Position numbers and translations under genes: made by a program. A DNA stretch of 64,000 bases, from contig OX597817.1 in the NCBI GenBank assembly GCA_951406725.2, forward strand, positions 41,788,001 to 41,852,000. Reading direction: 5' to 3'. This document shows positions 14,372-27,435 of the stretch, in pieces. Under the pieces are notes generated by a model, which was not told where the DNA came from, did no database searches, and saw only the letters and a program-made list of their open reading frames with translations. Origin of the DNA: Octopus vulgaris. Its lineage: Eukaryota. The first letter of the stretch is position 1. The number at the start of each line of letters is the position of its first letter.

Positions 14372-14949
14372 TACATAATCTAAGAGAATTAACAGTGGTT
14401 AATGTGATGCTTTGTTTTACAGAAACTGTTTAAAATATACCAATGACTCACAGTAATATAGATATTACATAGGTTTATCAAGTGATTAAATTGCAATATC
14501 ATGGATACATGTATTGCCCATATGGTTTTAGGTTCAATCCCAGGTGTGTGTGAGTGGGCATGTGCACATGCAAGTGCGAGGGAACAGCCTAGTGGTTAGG
14601 ATATTGTACTCAAATCGCAAGGTCGTGCTTTCAATTCCTGGATTAGGTGGAGCATTGTATTTTTGAGCAAAATACTTCATCTCTTCTTGCACTGCAATCA
14701 TTTCACCAGGTGTGTGGTGCACCATGCACCTGTATAGGTAATGTCAACTTGATGGAGGAAGTGAGCTAATATATAGCACAAACATTTGATCACTCTGAAC
14801 AAATTTTTGCAGATGATTCAGCAAGAAATCGTAGAGCTACCTTTCTCAGACTTGAAATACTACCATCACACACACGCACACACACACACACACACAGACA
14901 TTCGTAAAGTCTAGAGGGAGGGAGAACATTCCCACTGGCTTTTGTAGGC

Positions 14950-15215
14950 TCCCCGGGACCAATGAGATGCTAGTAAACTGTTTAAAATGTAGGTCAATGC
15001 TTGTAGGAAAGACATGACTGAAGAGAAGATTCCAGAAGGCCCTATGTTTTGGGAAGAAAGGGCGGGAAATAATGGTTAGGGTGGGGTAAAGGAGTTGGAC
15101 ATACCAAGAATAATGAGAGGTGGAAAGACCAGTAGGACAGGGTTCAGTACAAGACCAGCCATTCCTTTTGCAATAAAGAAAAGTCAAACTAAGCCTTGTT
15201 GATGGAGAAAATAAG
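14950..15215 (-). mobile_element. Decayed 3' end of a CR1/Jockey-group LINE ORF2
   Basis: Minus-strand peptide FLYCKRNGWSCTE...FFPKHRAFWNLLFSHVFPTSIDLHFK resembles the FYR..NG.CS.E...FFP.T..LWN.LP..VFP..Y.L..FK terminus of these LINEs. Confidence 0.55.
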
Positions 15216-15502
15216 GTAGAAGGAAACTGTGCAGAATACTGTTGGTTAGAATGTACATGTTCTTGTATTTATTAACTTTTTCATTACCATATTTCTGTTG
15301 AAATATACTGACCGTTTCAATAATTTATGAAAATATTGAAGAATTTACTAACTGTCATTATTAAGCTAGTGAGTGAAATAAATTAACATGAAATTTTAAT
15401 GAAAATTTAATTTAGATCACTTTTACCCTTGTTAACGTATTTCTGTTGAAATGCACTGACCTGGTTTCAATTATTTTTTAAAACGAGGAATTTTATAAAA
15501 TA

Positions 15503-16359
15503 TTGGGTCATCCCATAAATAATGCAGTTTTTTCAGTTGCATGAACTAAAAGTCAGAGGGGGACGGGATAAACTACCTACATCAGCTTGCTATAAAAGCA
15601 GGTAATTTTAATTTGTCTTTATTCTTAGTGCAAGTTTTGAAGAGTGCAGTTTGATTTTAAGTCATTTTTTCAAAGCTATAATGGAAGTGACAAAGGAGCA
15701 TATTTGGCATATTTAGCTTTATGAGTTCAATAAAGACAACAGAAAGTGCAAGAAATATTAATGCAGTATATGGAGATTGGACAATAGGCGTAAGCCAGTG
15801 TCAACGGTGGTTCCGGAAATTCTGAGCCAGAAACTACAGCCTAGAAGGTAGGCCTCATCCTGGAAGATCTGTAGAGTTCAACAAGGATGTCCTGCAAACC
15901 CTGGTGAAAGAAAATTCCATCATAACTGTTGAATGAGAAGAGAAGCTTGAATTTGGTCATTCAACCAGTCGTTCAAGTCAGCACTAGACGAAAAACGACC
16001 ATCTTTGGTCTCAAGACAAAAGGTGTTCATCCATCAGGATAATGCTCGGCCACATAGAATGAGGGTGACATTCCAAAAGCTGGAGCAGTTTGAATGGGAA
16101 ACAATGCCCCACCCACCATTTCACCAGACATTGCCCCATCAGATTATCATTTATTCCGCAGTCTTCAAAATCATTTAGACAGAAAAAATATGAATTCTGT
16201 AGACAAAGTCAGAAGAGTACTAGGAGTATTTTTCATCAAGCCTACCAGATAGATGGAAGAGCATTGTAGAAAATGAAGGAGAGTATATTTTAGATTAAAA
16301 AAGAACTGTATCTTAATTTTGAAAAATAAAAGTATAAAAAGCATTATGGGATGACCCAA
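15503..16359 (+). mobile_element. Internally deleted mariner (D34D) transposon
   Basis: TIR TTGGGTCATCCCATAA / TTATGGGATGACCCAA with TA on both sides. The ATG at 15681 gives MEVTKEHIWHI*LYEF..., CQRWFRKF, then HQDNARPH and SPDIAPSDYHLFRSLQN, with 34 residues between the two Asp once a 1-nt frameshift is corrected. Stops and frameshifts present; central part deleted. Inserted into a MITE-A copy (~15425-16485). Confidence 0.92.
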
Positions 16360-16742
16360 TAATTATTAGGCTGGTGGTTGGAACAAATTAACATGAAATT
16401 TTAATGGAAGGTTTTCAAAACAATCACTGTAAAACTTGGAGTTTGTATCAGAGCCTGGAGCAGTTTTAGATGGGTTGGTATTAAATGACAATCTGTCACT
16501 CAGTTTAACCAGGTCACTTTTAGCAGAGTACACAACTGCAAGTATTCAATTCAGATTTCTGCCCTGAAGGCAACTTCCTGCTGGCAGCCTTAGAACTTCT
16601 AGTAAAAAGTCATGGGCACTACTATTCTTCTTTTGGCTAAGATATTACAAAAAAATAAGCCAATTATTTTAATGAGATCAGATCGCTAGAATTTTAAGTT
16701 CAAATACTAGATCTAAATTAGATAGTGAAGAATCTAATCTTT

Positions 16743-16980
16743 TGCTTCTCAACCATTTTTTGCCTCTGGACCCCTTTGATTCCTATTTTATTCTATGGCC
16801 CCCACCAATATTAAAAGAAATTCTGTTATATTTTTATAATTAAATATTAGGAATTTTATTAAATTGCTAAAATAGCTTGTGTATTGTAGAAATATAACTG
16901 ATTTATTGCACAAATTTTTACTACAAAATCTTATAGACTCCCACCAAAGGGTCATGTGAACCCCAGTTGAGAACCAAAGA
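16743..16980. mobile_element. hAT (Charlie-like) MITE
   Basis: Ends TTCTCAACC ... AGTTGAGAACC. Homologous, in the opposite orientation, to 23484-23928 and 49067-49170. Confidence 0.6.
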
Positions 16981-18322
16981 CCTAATTTTTGTTTCTTTTT
17001 CACTAACAAGAAAAAGTGAAAAGGCCTATATATTACTGGTACTTTATTAAACCCAGAAGCTGACAAGAATGGAACTCAAACATGATGGATCACTAATTAA
17101 ACACTCAACTGTCAAGGCCAATGCTCAGTCATTTGCATAAACTTTATAATTTTTACACAAATTTGCAATCAGTTAATATTAAATGAATTTACAGTCTGTT
17201 CACCTCTTTCCTTTATTTGTATTAAAAAAAAACATTTTGAAAGGGTTAATCTCCATTCAGCATTAAGTGCATTGTTCATGACACTGGGTTCTAACACTGA
17301 TCTGCTTTGAGAAAGATAGATTCACGAGTACAATATCGGCTGAAGCACATGGTACCTGATGAATACAGATTAAGCTTTAACTATTCAAAACATCTTTTTT
17401 TTTAATAATACAAACAAAAATTAAATAAAAGATGTGCATAACAATCTGAAACCTTTTCACATCAGTTCCATCACAGTGATGATAAAATTCATTGTTCAAC
17501 TATTTTTGAAGGAAAAATCGTCCAAACTAAATTTATAAAAAAATCTTCCTCTTCAAATTAATTTATAATTTACACATTGTCTAATTAAAATGATTAGCTT
17601 TCATTGCATGGAATAATAATAAAAAAAATATTAAATAGATTAAAATTTACAGACATCTTGAGAAAATTTCCTATAGAAAATTCTCAAAGTAAGACTAGAG
17701 AACAATGAATAACCATCAGTAAAATTTTACATAATTATTATTAGCAATTTCTCTTTTCAGGAAAAAAAAAAATTGTAAATTGATAAAATTAATTAGATGT
17801 TCAGTGGTTACTGAAATTAAGTTACTGTATGACCCAGTTACTGCAGGGTGATTGAGCTAGTTAGTAACATTGTTTAGAATATAAGAGCAGTGAACCTGTA
17901 GAATAGCAGACAAAAGTAGATAGTTATTCAGTTACATTCCTTTAAGTTTGTAGTTCAAATCTAGCCAGAGTTGTTCTTCACTCGTCTGGTGTTAAGAAGC
18001 ACTAAGGTGAATATTGTCAACTACATTATTCCAAAAAAATATATGTGAGGAAAAAATTGTTTGGGATATAAATGTCTGTGCATATGAGAGAGAGAGAAAG
18101 TGAAACAAAATCTTTAGGAAATATTTGAATTTCCAATTCATGAAAATTGCCAGGATCTTTAATATTCTAAAAAATCATTAACCTGCATATAATTACTATA
18201 TTAGAAAAATAATTCCTGTACGTAACAGGAATTAATATATTTGAATAATTATATCTATTAAAGCTCAAAGTACAAAAAAAAACCCACAAAGCTACAGGTA
18301 TGAGACATAATTAGCACAAAGT

Positions 18323-18531
18323 TTAACCCTTTAGCATTTAAACTGCCTATATCTGGCCTAAATATTTTACTGGATTTTATGATCAAACCAACAAGATCCA
18401 GCTTGTCATACCTATCCTACAATGTCATTCTAAAAATAAGCAATCACATCATTACAGTCTCAAAACTACAAGATAATGCCTGATTAATTCAAAACCATGT
18501 TAATAAAGTCATTTGAATGTTAAAGGGTTAA
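18323..18531. mobile_element. piggyBac-type MITE family B
   Basis: TTAA-CCCTTTAGCATT ... AATGTTAAAGGG-TTAA; several copies in the window. Confidence 0.8.
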
Positions 18532-19974
18532 GCAGCAGATAAGAACAAGACCACTGACAGGACACAGACACCGTTAGTAATTAATTACTTCTTAAAGAAG
18601 CCAATTTAAATATTTTGTCTGGTATTTTAACTATAGTATTTTATCTCCACAAGATAATTCATCAGTCACTTAGCACAAGCAGGATAGGCTATTGGGTTAA
18701 CGTCCAACATAGCAAAGCTGCTCTTTTCTATCAACAAATTGCTTACTTATATCTATCAGAATTTACACTAACCCTTAATGCACAGGCAGTAAAAGTACTT
18801 GGTTTCATACATGTTCACTTGAGGCTCGGTAACAAAGTTAACTTGATTTCTACAGTGGGATACTTTCCATAGTTCTCCATATTCCATGATATAGTACGCA
18901 CATTTTATTTACAGCAACCAATAGAAAGAGATTGTGAGAACTGATTTGCATATGATTGTGTTACATCACCAGCTTGTGCAACATTTTAATCAGTGCTGTG
19001 AGAGTTAAAAACTTTCATTCACAAGTTATAAACACAAGATTATAGCTCTATAGAGGCTATTATTAATGTTATATCAAGTAGAAGACAGTAGGAGTGGCAG
19101 AAATAGGACACTAGGTGAAGTGTACCAGATTTTGTTACAACCTTTAAATTTTTAAACACTAACCAAGATATAACTTTACCTGTCATCAGTCTTTGGTCAA
19201 TAAAATTACCAGTGATAGAATGAAGTTAATGTAGCCTTTATCTTTGAATTTTGTGGCCTTTTGTCAGTATAAGAAAGTTTTTTTTTTTTTTTTTTTTTCA
19301 TGTTTGTTCTATATATTTCTTAAATTCAGGTGTTGAAATAAATGTGCCATGGGAGTTTTTTTTTTTTATGAAACACATGCACTGGTCACATTTCACTTTG
19401 TATTATCATTAAGATCATCGGCTGGTGGAATTGTTCACATGTCAGACAAAATGGAGAGCGGCATTTCTTCCAACTCTACATTCCAAGCTCAAATTCTATT
19501 GAGGTTGACTTTGCCTTTCATCCTTTTGGGGGTCGATAAAACAAGTATCCTTCAAACATTAGGGTTGCTGTAACTAACATGCCCCTTTTTAAAAAAAAAA
19601 AAGTTTTCAATTGCTAGCTTTGTGCCAATCTTTGAAACAGTTAATTAACTAACCAGTGCTTGGTCAATGAATTAGTTTATCAGGACCTTTGTTGATTTTT
19701 GCAACTTCTTCAATGATGTCCCTTCATCTGCTCCAAGTCTGCCTCAAATCATTCATTGCATTTTGCCTCAGTAATGAGAGAGAGGGTTGAATTTCCTAGT
19801 TTATGTGCAGGTTGATAATAAAAAGGATATATGCTATTAAACTGACCACTTATCATATTACACACACATATATATTCTACACCCATATGTACTATGGAAA
19901 TTCTCCACATAAAAATATTCTCATATCAAGTATTATGAAAGTAGTCCATACTTAGTGAAGCAATTCCAAAATTA

Positions 19975-20033
<59 letters not shown>

Positions 20034-20576
20034 AAAGAGGGAGAGAGGGAGAGAAGGGGAGAAGGGGAGATAGGGGGTGGGAGGGGGAGGAAGAGGGGAA
20101 GGAAGAGGGAGAAGAAAGTTAAGAGTCAATTGCTGCTGCATATGAAGTCTTAGAATCCAAGAGACTATGTACATGAAACCAAAAAGACAGACAAAAATGA
20201 AAGTTACCAGAGAAGGACCGAGTTTATATGTTTGTCATGAAAACCAGATTTCCATATCAAAAAGAATGCTAATACTTTGCTAGGAGCTACAGACGAATCT
20301 TCATGCCTCACATGTAAAATACCAATACACTATGAGAAAAGTCATACAACAGTGACAATAAATCTACGACAGGCACAAACTCTGAAACCTTAATGGGGGG
20401 GGGGGTGAGTTGAATATATTTCCCCCCATACTAAGCTGGCACTTATTTTATTGGCCCTGAAAGGATTAAAGGAAAAGTCAATCTCAGCAGAATTTGAACT
20501 CGGAACATAAAGAGTCGGATGAAAAGTCACCAAGCATTTTGTTCAGCACACTAATGCTTGTACTAGCTTGCTGCCT

Positions 20577-20803
20577 TAACCTTTTAGCATTAAAATTGAC
20601 TATATCCAACCCAAATATTCTACCCGTTTTAGGTTTCAACTGATCAGATTCAGCCTATCCCACGTTCCTTACTATGTAGATTCTCAAAGTAAACAATCAC
20701 GTAATTGAAATTTTGAAATTCCAAGATAATGCATGACAATTCAAAACCTTCAATAAATACGCATTACATTCGACAGAATATAATCTGAATGCTAAAGGGT
20801 TAA
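20577..20803. mobile_element. piggyBac-type MITE family B
   Basis: TTAA-CCTTTTAGCATT ... AATGCTAAAGGG-TTAA. Confidence 0.8.
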
Positions 20804-23483
20804 TAATAATTCTTTCTACTGTAATTCAAGGCATGAAATTTTTAGGGGGGAGGCAGTCAATTACATTGACCCCAGTGCTCGGCAGATACTTATTTTATTA
20901 AGCCTGAGAGGATGAAAGACAACTTCAACAGGATTTAAACTTGGGTCTGGTGGAATAATCATTCTGCCAGCTTGCAGAAATCAAATTTAGGTATTCCTTA
21001 TTAGACTAATCAACAAGATTTATTATGAGATAAACTTACATATCATGGCATAGACAGAACAGATTACCTTTATGAAGAATCTCTTTCATTTTGCTGCTGC
21101 AGTGTTGTAAATATTATCAGTTATATTCATTAGTTTTGCAATAATTCAAGGTCTATCAAAGTTCTCAATCGGTACAATAGTACCCACAAGTTTTGAGTGG
21201 TGATGGTGTCATATAAAAAGCACCCAGTACACTCTGTGGAGTGGCCCTGGCATTAAGAAGGGCATCCAGCCATAGAAACCATACCAGGACAGACAATGGA
21301 GCCTAGTGACACCCCTGGCCTTACCAGCTCCAGTCAAATCATCCAACCCATGCCAGCATGGAAAACAAATGTTAAATGATAAGATCCTCCATATTCAAGG
21401 TCAATAAAGGGAAACTAACTTAAAATCTATATGCTTAGAACATATGTTAAAAAAAAAAAAAAAAAAAGGTTCATAACCAGAATAGTATTAAGCAAGATTT
21501 GAAATACCAACTAACAGAAAAACTATACAAGTTCATAAAAGATGGAACTATCACTTCATGGCCAGAAGATTTGGGAGTTTAAATTTTTACAGTGAACATT
21601 GTTTAGTTATAAATCATTACCTAGAATTTCACATACTGAATTGTTTGATAAATATGTTATATATTATAGAATTCCATTCAATTCTATCATTGTTAAAAAT
21701 TTATACAAAGCATTTTTATATAATATTTGTGAATTTTATACAACTAATGTGGGTTGGATAAGTTTTGTTGCTATTGTTTTTTTTTTATTATTATTGTAAG
21801 CACTATGCAGTTAATTCTACAACTCTCAATAAAGACATTTGTTTTCACTATTATGAACATATGGAGCTTGTACATTAAATATGCATCACTTATTCATAGC
21901 ATGTTTATATATATTTCATGCAGTATGTAAAATGTGATTAATACAGAAGACTTATAGCATACATAAAAACTGTATTATGCTTCAGGGCTTTGCAAGTTAT
22001 TCTGCATGCTTTACTCAAAGAAAATAGAAAAACAGTCCTTTGCATCAGAAAAAGGATTTTAAAGGAAAAATAAAAGAAACTAGTTTCAACCTAAGTTCAT
22101 ATTAAAATTTGATAAAACATTTTTTTAAATTTATAAATAAAGCATATCTTTTACCTAGATACTTTTTAATGACAAAATTCCTGATAGCATGTTGATGTAT
22201 GCTCTTTGAAATCCACTGAGTTAGTAGATTGCAAGGAAAAAAAAAAAACAATTGCAATAGCTTAGCTTTCCTTAGTTTCCAAATAATTATTTTACATGCC
22301 TTAACACAACTGCAACCTTGAAGTAGCATTAAATTCAAGACCTGACAACTAGTTGCATTTAAAATGAATTATTCGCAAACAAACAAAAGGTAATTCAGAA
22401 TATTTAAAAATATTACATTATAGATTTACAATACATCAATATATTTTCAGCTGTATCATCACACAAGACTGGTGCACAGTTGAAATGCCAAATTTAGAAA
22501 ATTCCAGTTCTGAGTAAAAGTTAGAGTTATATGAAGGTTACTGCAATCAATTTCTGGGCAATGACCTGAGAACAGTGTACACTAAAATACGTCATTGATA
22601 CTATCAGCTTCATAAAAATAAAACACCAAGATTTGATAATATTCCTCAAAAGGAAATATTCCACTAGTTTTCTATTTATCTTCTGCATTGTGCTCTAAAC
22701 AGGATGATTAAACATTTCTACTCAATACAGTGAGCCATAGCAACTGATGTAAACTATTGTTTGTTAGGTTAGCAGTGACAAGGTTCCATCAAAGCTGATT
22801 GAATACTCAAGTAGATGGCACAAAACAACTGAATCCATATGAGAGTTAAGTGAGGTAACTAGTGTAAATCACACAGAATGAATAACCAAAGAAATAACTT
22901 GTTAATGATGAATATTTCATCTCAGTTGTCAAAGGAATTTAATATAATTCATCGCAAATTTAGATAGGAAGCTAGAAAATTTCACAATAGTTTTTTTTTC
23001 TTTCATCAGAGCCTAATTTTTTTTTTCACTTTTCCATGGCTAACAAGTTCTTTCCAATCACATAGTTTTAAGTTCAAGTCTACTACAATAGATCAAAGCC
23101 TTGAGTGAATTTGATAGGTGGGACCTGAAAAAAAATTTATATATATAAATGAGGGGGGTGTCAGTGTTTGCTTGTGTTGACATTGAGCAATAATGGTTAA
23201 TGAGTAAATGTCATACAAGTGTTGTCATTGGTTTCCCATCTTCTGTGACATGTCCAGACATGGAGGGAAATTACCTTGCTTGGGAGCAGGTGAGGGTTGG
23301 TCAGAGAAAATACATCTCAACGAATTCTGCCTGGTCCATGAAGGCATGGAAAAGTGGACATTAAAATGATGTATGATAGATGCAACTACAATATATCAAG
23401 GACCATAAACAATAAAATAAAAGCCTGGTAAGTAGAATCTTAAATTTCTATTCGGTCAGAGCCATCTTAACCTATATCACAAA

Positions 23484-23618
23484 TGATATTTCTCAACCGG
23501 GGTCTATGCAAGATTTTGTTGAAATTCATGAGCAACTAATTGAATATAGTTTTACAATACACAAAATACTTTTTGCTTTTATGATGATTCCTCTCATATT
23601 TATAAAAATTACAGTAAG

Positions 23619-23661
<43 letters not shown>

Positions 23662-23786
23662 GGTCCCGGGTTGAGTCGGGGTTAACCACAGTAAATAAGG
23701 TACTCAATACATAGCAGAGTAAATTAATTCCTGATGATTTCTTTTGAATGAAACAGTTCTAGTCCTGTAGAAGCTCCTTCTATAAA

Positions 23787-23848
<62 letters not shown>

Positions 23849-23928
23849 GGCAAATGACTACAAAAGTCCAAGATAGTAAAAAAGGAACCATAAGGGTCCA
23901 TAGGCAAAAAAATGGTTGAGAACCACCT
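23484..23928. mobile_element. hAT MITE carrying (TA)n tracts and a Penelope-like insert
   Basis: TTTCTCAACC ... GGTTGAGAACCAC ends; internal (TA)n tracts at ~23622-23658 and ~23791-23823. Confidence 0.6.
23728..23772 (+). ncRNA. Type I hammerhead ribozyme motif within a Penelope-like fragment (23659-23790)
   Basis: TTC-CTGATGA-T TTC TTTT GAA T-GAA-ACAG TTCTAGTC CTGT-A-GAA: intact core, stem III ACAG/CTGT, GUA cleavage triplet, stem I TTC/GAA. Confidence 0.65.
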
Positions 23929-24555
23929 AAAAATCACAGACTATATGCTTCAAGCCTACCTGGAGAAGGCAATTGTTAACATTACAGTGAAGAATGTCAA
24001 AACATATACTATTCTGAAAAACAAAAAACAAAAAAATCCTTAAATAGCCTCATATTTCATATCTGTAAATATTTCAGGAGAACCAATATCGTTTTTAAAT
24101 TCATTATTAAAATCTCCAATAACAATTTTATTTTGACCATATATTTACAGATATCATCTAGGCTGGCACAAATTATAGGATTTTTTTTTTTAAATCTGAT
24201 CAAGCAAACCCATATAAAATATTGATTTAGTAATACTGTTTTCACCTCAATTCAAATCAATATTTATAAAAAGGAAAAGAGGGGAAGGGCTACTCCCCAT
24301 CCCCAGTTGCATGGCTATATTTCCCTTTTAATACAATTAAAAAAATGAACTGTACCAAAACAGTGCAGATTGTTAACCATCTTTATACAAACCCACCTGA
24401 GATTTTAAATTAAAAATGTCCATAATACAACAAGCAAAGTAGCTAGTTAGTAAATCTCTATAAGAGATGAAAGTAGTAACTATACTGAGAAGTAATGCTT
24501 GTCACCACTTCAACATGGTCACTCCATATAAACCAATGTTACAACCATATTTTAA

Positions 24556-24726
24556 TACCAAGGGGATGCCTCCTCTAGCTGGTTATTGATGTTATCTGCA
24601 CCTGATATATATTACAAAGCAGGGAAGCATTGCTAAAAGATGGTAGGAGTCTGCCCCCCACCTGCTTGCAATAAATATTGGGGCGCAGATTTCATCAAAT
24701 AACCAGCAGGAGGTGTCCTCTTGGGG
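24556..24726. mobile_element. Foldback (nearly fully palindromic) element flanked by TTAA
   Basis: Arms CCAAGGGGATGCCTCCT..GCTGGTTATTGATG..ATCTGCACC..GCAGG and CCTGC..GGCGCAGAT..CATCAAATAACCAGCAGGAGGTGTCCTCTTGG; TTAA at 24552-24555 and 24727-24730. Confidence 0.75.
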
Positions 24727-25049
24727 TTAAAATGATAGTAACATCAGTTCATACAGAACCACCATGTTGAAGTGACAACAAACATTACCTTCCATAATTT
24801 TCTTTGAAAGCCATTTTTATTCCAATACCAGTTTAACTTCATCACCATCCTCCAATTCTTGTTTTCCATGCTGGCATGGGTTGAACAGTTTGACAGGATC
24901 CAGTAAGCTGCAGAGCTGCACTGAGTTTTAATGAGCTTCACATAAAGAAGAAAAAAAGTCTGCAAACAAGACATGATCCCCAACCAGTCTAAGGTAACAG
25001 TTAATCCAAAAAAAGAACTGACACAAACCCCAAAGACTCATCTCCAACC

Positions 25050-25460
25050 TATGTCAGAAAAGTTAAGTAGAACACAGAAGGAATGAATGATGGTTATGTT
25101 CTTCCAAATGCTGGATTGTTTCTGAAATGAATTGGAAGATTCCCATAAAAATATGGTCATACAAGAGTTGAAATGTCTCCAAAGGAAGAAAGTAAATGAA
25201 TTTATTTCAATAAGTTTACTTCTCAATAACCAGTTGAGATAGTAGGTGCTTATCACTTGCAAGGTCTTCAGAATCTGGTAATAAAAGAAACCATTACAGG
25301 AAGAAGAAAGCCAGCAAAGAAATTAAGATTGTTGCCAGAATGTGATAAAACCCTATCCAAAGATCCTGTCTTCAGTACTAATGAGGATTTCTAACTTTCG
25401 GACAAGATCACAAAGAGGTTTATAGTGAACCCATTCGTCAACTGGTGCAGAATACAAGGC
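25050..25460 (+). mobile_element. Possible very decayed RTE ORF C-terminus
   Basis: Fragments GYVLP, SKCWIVSEMNWKI and GLQNLVIKETITGRRK resemble RTE CYV.P/YG.E.W and G.I.GKR motifs; many frame disruptions. Confidence 0.3.
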
Positions 25461-25681
25461 AAAAACTCACAGCAAAATGGAATTTTCTTTCATTTCAATA
25501 CTTTTCCAGTATTAATAATAAAGGTCTTTCTTTTAGTTGGTCTCAAGAGACCATGGATCTGCACCTGAAGAAATCATATCAGATGCTGATAGTGATACAG
25601 CATCTGCCGTGGCTGTCTCACATACACCAACTGCAATTGAAGGAGGTCTCTGCTGGCATTACTAATTTTTCTCTTAAAGGT

Positions 25682-25910
25682 TTAACCCTTTTGTTACTAA
25701 CCTGGCCAAAACCAGCTCTGGCTCTGTAGTACAAACGTCTAGTTTTCATAAGTTTTGAATTAGAATCTTCCACCAAGCCTTAGTCACAACTTACATTCCT
25801 AACACTAGCTTAATGATAACCAAGTTATTTTACTAAATTCTTTGTTATATTTAAAATAATTGAAAGAAATACAGAGCATCTCAAAATAAATACGGTGACA
25901 AAAGGGTTTA
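25682..25910. mobile_element. piggyBac-type MITE family A
   Basis: TTAA-CCCTTTTGTTAC ... GTGACAAAAGGG-TTTA. Close copy at 33712-33936; diverged copies at 50072-50297 and 35073-36647. Confidence 0.8.
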
Positions 25911-25978
25911 AAATAAAATAAAACTAACATCAGACACTGTAGAATACTCTGTGTCTAATAACAATGGAGGTTTGAGGC

Positions 25979-26180
25979 TTAACCCTTTAGTATTAAAGTC
26001 ATCCATATCTGGCTGGTTTAAAGTTTAAACTGGCCTCTTATATGAACCCTACAATATCATTCTAAACAGTAACAGTTACTTCATCAAAATCTCAAAGCTA
26101 CAAGATAATGTATGATTAACTCAAATAGGGATGAATAAGCATTACTTTTGACAGAATAAATGTGAATGCAAAAGGGTTAA
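25979..26180. mobile_element. piggyBac-type MITE family B
   Basis: TTAA-CCCTTTAGTATT ... GAATGCAAAAGGG-TTAA. Confidence 0.75.
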
Positions 26181-26721
26181 TATATTTTACAAGTTTTTTC
26201 CATGGTACCTCATCACATTCAACCTGCTGTAAAGGACATAAAAATCATTACAACAAAGTTTAAGAATGGAGATCAACAATACAACATTACATCTTGAATG
26301 TGATCTGTCAAGCATGGTAAGATGAAATGCAAAAATCAACTCCAGTAAGATGGAACAAATATTTTTTATCTACAGATATGATAATTCTGCCATTCACCAC
26401 CATCAAAGAGATGGTAATAGCAAGCATAAACATTGCACAGGAATGAAAGAAAATATCACATCATCTGTGAAGTTCACAATGATCTACACTTGAACCTTTT
26501 AGTAATATTTAAACTTGGTCAAATATCCCTTTTTTTTTCCTAGTATTACATTTAACTCAGATTAAGTCATCTATCAAACATCAAATACAGTTTTTTTAAT
26601 ACCCATTTCTCCAGGTTGACATGGTTGTCATATTCATAGCCAAAAGTAGTTTTTACACAGGTGATTAGAAAGAACTTTGTAAGAGATGCAACTACCTCCA
26701 TTAAGAACTGAGAACCTGCGA

Positions 26722-26922
26722 AAGAGGGAGGCCTTTACGTGAACATTCGACCCGCTAGAAATAGCAGCTAAATCTCAATGAAATTGCCATATTGAAAACG
26801 TAGGGACACACTGGATAATGTAGTCCTAACATATGCAATGCCTAAACGCAGAGTAGTCATGGTTGGCATAGCTTTAATTATAAGTCGGCTCATTCAGGAC
26901 GACCTAGGGCTAAACAATAACA
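26722..26922 (+). repeat. Interspersed repeat with (CAA)n-like tail (unclassified SINE or LINE tail)
   Basis: GCTAGAAATAGCAGC.AAATCTC...ACAC.GGATAATGTAGT.CTA...GACCT.GGG.TAAACAA. Also at 13400-13570 and 56690-56890 (+), and at 32205-32430 and 37220-37430 (-). Confidence 0.6.
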
Positions 26923-27398
26923 CTAACTCGTAAATCATGCTAGTCTTTTTTATGTTCAAATATTATTCACATACATCATCTTATCTCTAATATTACTTGA
27001 AGCAAGGTTGGGCTGCTTTATCAACCACCTACCTTGTCGTGGCCCTCAATCATAAACCTGAACCATCTATTTATAAATGAAATCGCTTTAAAATAGGAGT
27101 GTCTTAACTATACGACTCTTTAGGCCGAATATTCACTCACCTTTTGTATAAGTACCAAAAGCTGAATTTTTATATAAAAGCAAAAACCACTACCTTTTTA
27201 AATTTTATTTCACCACAATACACACATTAATTGCATGATAACCGTACTTAAACATCTCAGATGAAATCTTCTGTCCAACGTCAACATACAAGGAAATATA
27301 TTAATTTATCCCAGGATCAATTGATTGGGTCAATAACATTTATCTTAGTAATAGGTCATTAATACTTGCCTCGAATTAAATAGCCAGACTACGGACAG

Positions 27399-27435
<37 letters not shown>

